Shown here piece after piece: positions 37,897 to 38,600 of a DNA stretch of 38,600 nt; positions within the stretch are counted from its first letter, which is position 1, and each line of letters opens with the position of its first letter. The DNA comes from a bacterium. GTDB lineage: Bacteria; Zixibacteria; MSB-5A5; GN15; FEB-12. The stretch covers positions 1-38,600 of the forward strand of contig JBDRNJ010000052.1 of the NCBI GenBank assembly GCA_043811375.1, in the 5' to 3' direction. Position numbers and translations under genes: made by a program. Under the pieces are notes generated by a model. It searched no databases and was not told where the DNA came from. It worked only from the letters and a program-made list of their open reading frames with translations.

Positions 37897-37979
37897 GGCG
37901 GAGCCCGCTGCTGTCCAGCCTATTGGAACTACAGATTGGCAAAACCGCAAAGGGTTTTGACCTACACAAAAAGGAATTG

Positions 37980-38600
37980 ATGCCGGAACTGCCGGAAGTA
38001 GAAACCGTTGTCAGAGGCCTGCGCGAGACGATCGTGGGTGAGACAATCACCAGCGTCCGTGTCAATGCACCACCAAAGTCCATTCTTGTCAGCCCGTCAT
38101 TCTCTTCCCGCAGTTTCGCTCGCATCCTGAAAGGTAAGCGGATTCTGTCCGTGTCGCGGCGAGGCAAAAACATCCTCATTAGTCTGTCAGAAGATGTGAC
38201 ACTCTGGGTGCACCTGAAAATGACCGGCCATTTTTCCTATGTCCCCTCAACTCAGCTAATAAACAAACACGACCTGGTCATCTTTGACTTCAATTCCACT
38301 CTAAAAAAGAAGCGATGCTTCCATCTGCGTTTCAATGACAGTCGCCGCTTCGGCAGACTTCGTCTGTTTTATGACAGTGAATTGTGGCAACAGCCGGGGT
38401 TGGCGGACCTCGGTCCCGAACCGCTTGAAATCTCAGCGAATGATTTTGTGAGTCTTTTCAGAAAGAGCCATAGAATGATTAAACCGGCGTTGCTGGACCA
38501 GGCCTTTCTGGCCGGGTTGGGTAATATCTATGCCGATGAGTCACTCTACCTGGCGCGGATTCATCCCCGAAGGTTGACGTCATCCATCTCAAGGCGCAAA
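37980..38600 (+). CDS. mutM: Formamidopyrimidine-DNA glycosylase (5' part; runs off the window)
   Basis: Manual translation from ATG 37980: MPELPEVETV...RRGK...HLKMTG...DSRRFG...LGPEPL...LLDQAFLAGLGNIYADESL. Absent from the ORF track because there is no stop in the window. Confidence 0.95.
   Translation, partial: MPELPEVETVVRGLRETIVGETITSVRVNAPPKSILVSPSFSSRSFARILKGKRILSVSRRGKNILISLSEDVTLWVHLKMTGHFSYVPSTQLINKHDLVIFDFNSTLKKKRCFHLRFNDSRRFGRLRLFYDSELWQQPGLADLGPEPLEISANDFVSLFRKSHRMIKPALLDQAFLAGLGNIYADESLYLARIHPRRLTSSISRRK

Overview
Bacterial chromosomal segment, mostly about 55-60% GC by spot counts. The gene style (membrane Ser/Thr kinase-TPR protein, C-terminal dockerin-like domains, BACON-like repeats, LPS genes) suggests an FCB-group diderm such as candidate phylum Zixibacteria; this is inference only. 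Left to right: 3' end of an IS3-family element; a minus-strand pgsA-pgpA-cinA-thpR operon; a Ser/Thr kinase-TPR receptor; a DT-repeat lipoprotein; an M29 aminopeptidase; a CPA2 cation/H+ antiporter; then a long minus-strand run. In transcription order that run is a BACON/dockerin surface protein, two tandem dockerin-bearing M1 aminopeptidases, miaB, a frameshifted GAF/pseudo-histidine kinase/REC sensor, an HDOD-HisKA protein, aroC, an MA-type peptidase, an LpxL-like acyltransferase, a MacA/MacB/TolC-like module without an ATPase, and waaF. The window ends with uvrA, a low-GC PIN-like two-TM orphan and the 5' part of mutM. Main leads: (1) a possible cohesin/dockerin peptidase assembly; (2) a hairpin-flanked low-GC PIN-like membrane protein between uvrA and mutM, a candidate defence gene; (3) a kinase-dead hybrid sensor next to an HDOD protein that keeps the H-box; (4) two related MITE-like elements carrying REP-like hairpins; (5) dense D-(S/T)-hydrophobic glycosylation-like motifs. 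No CRISPR array, rRNA or tRNA was recognised.
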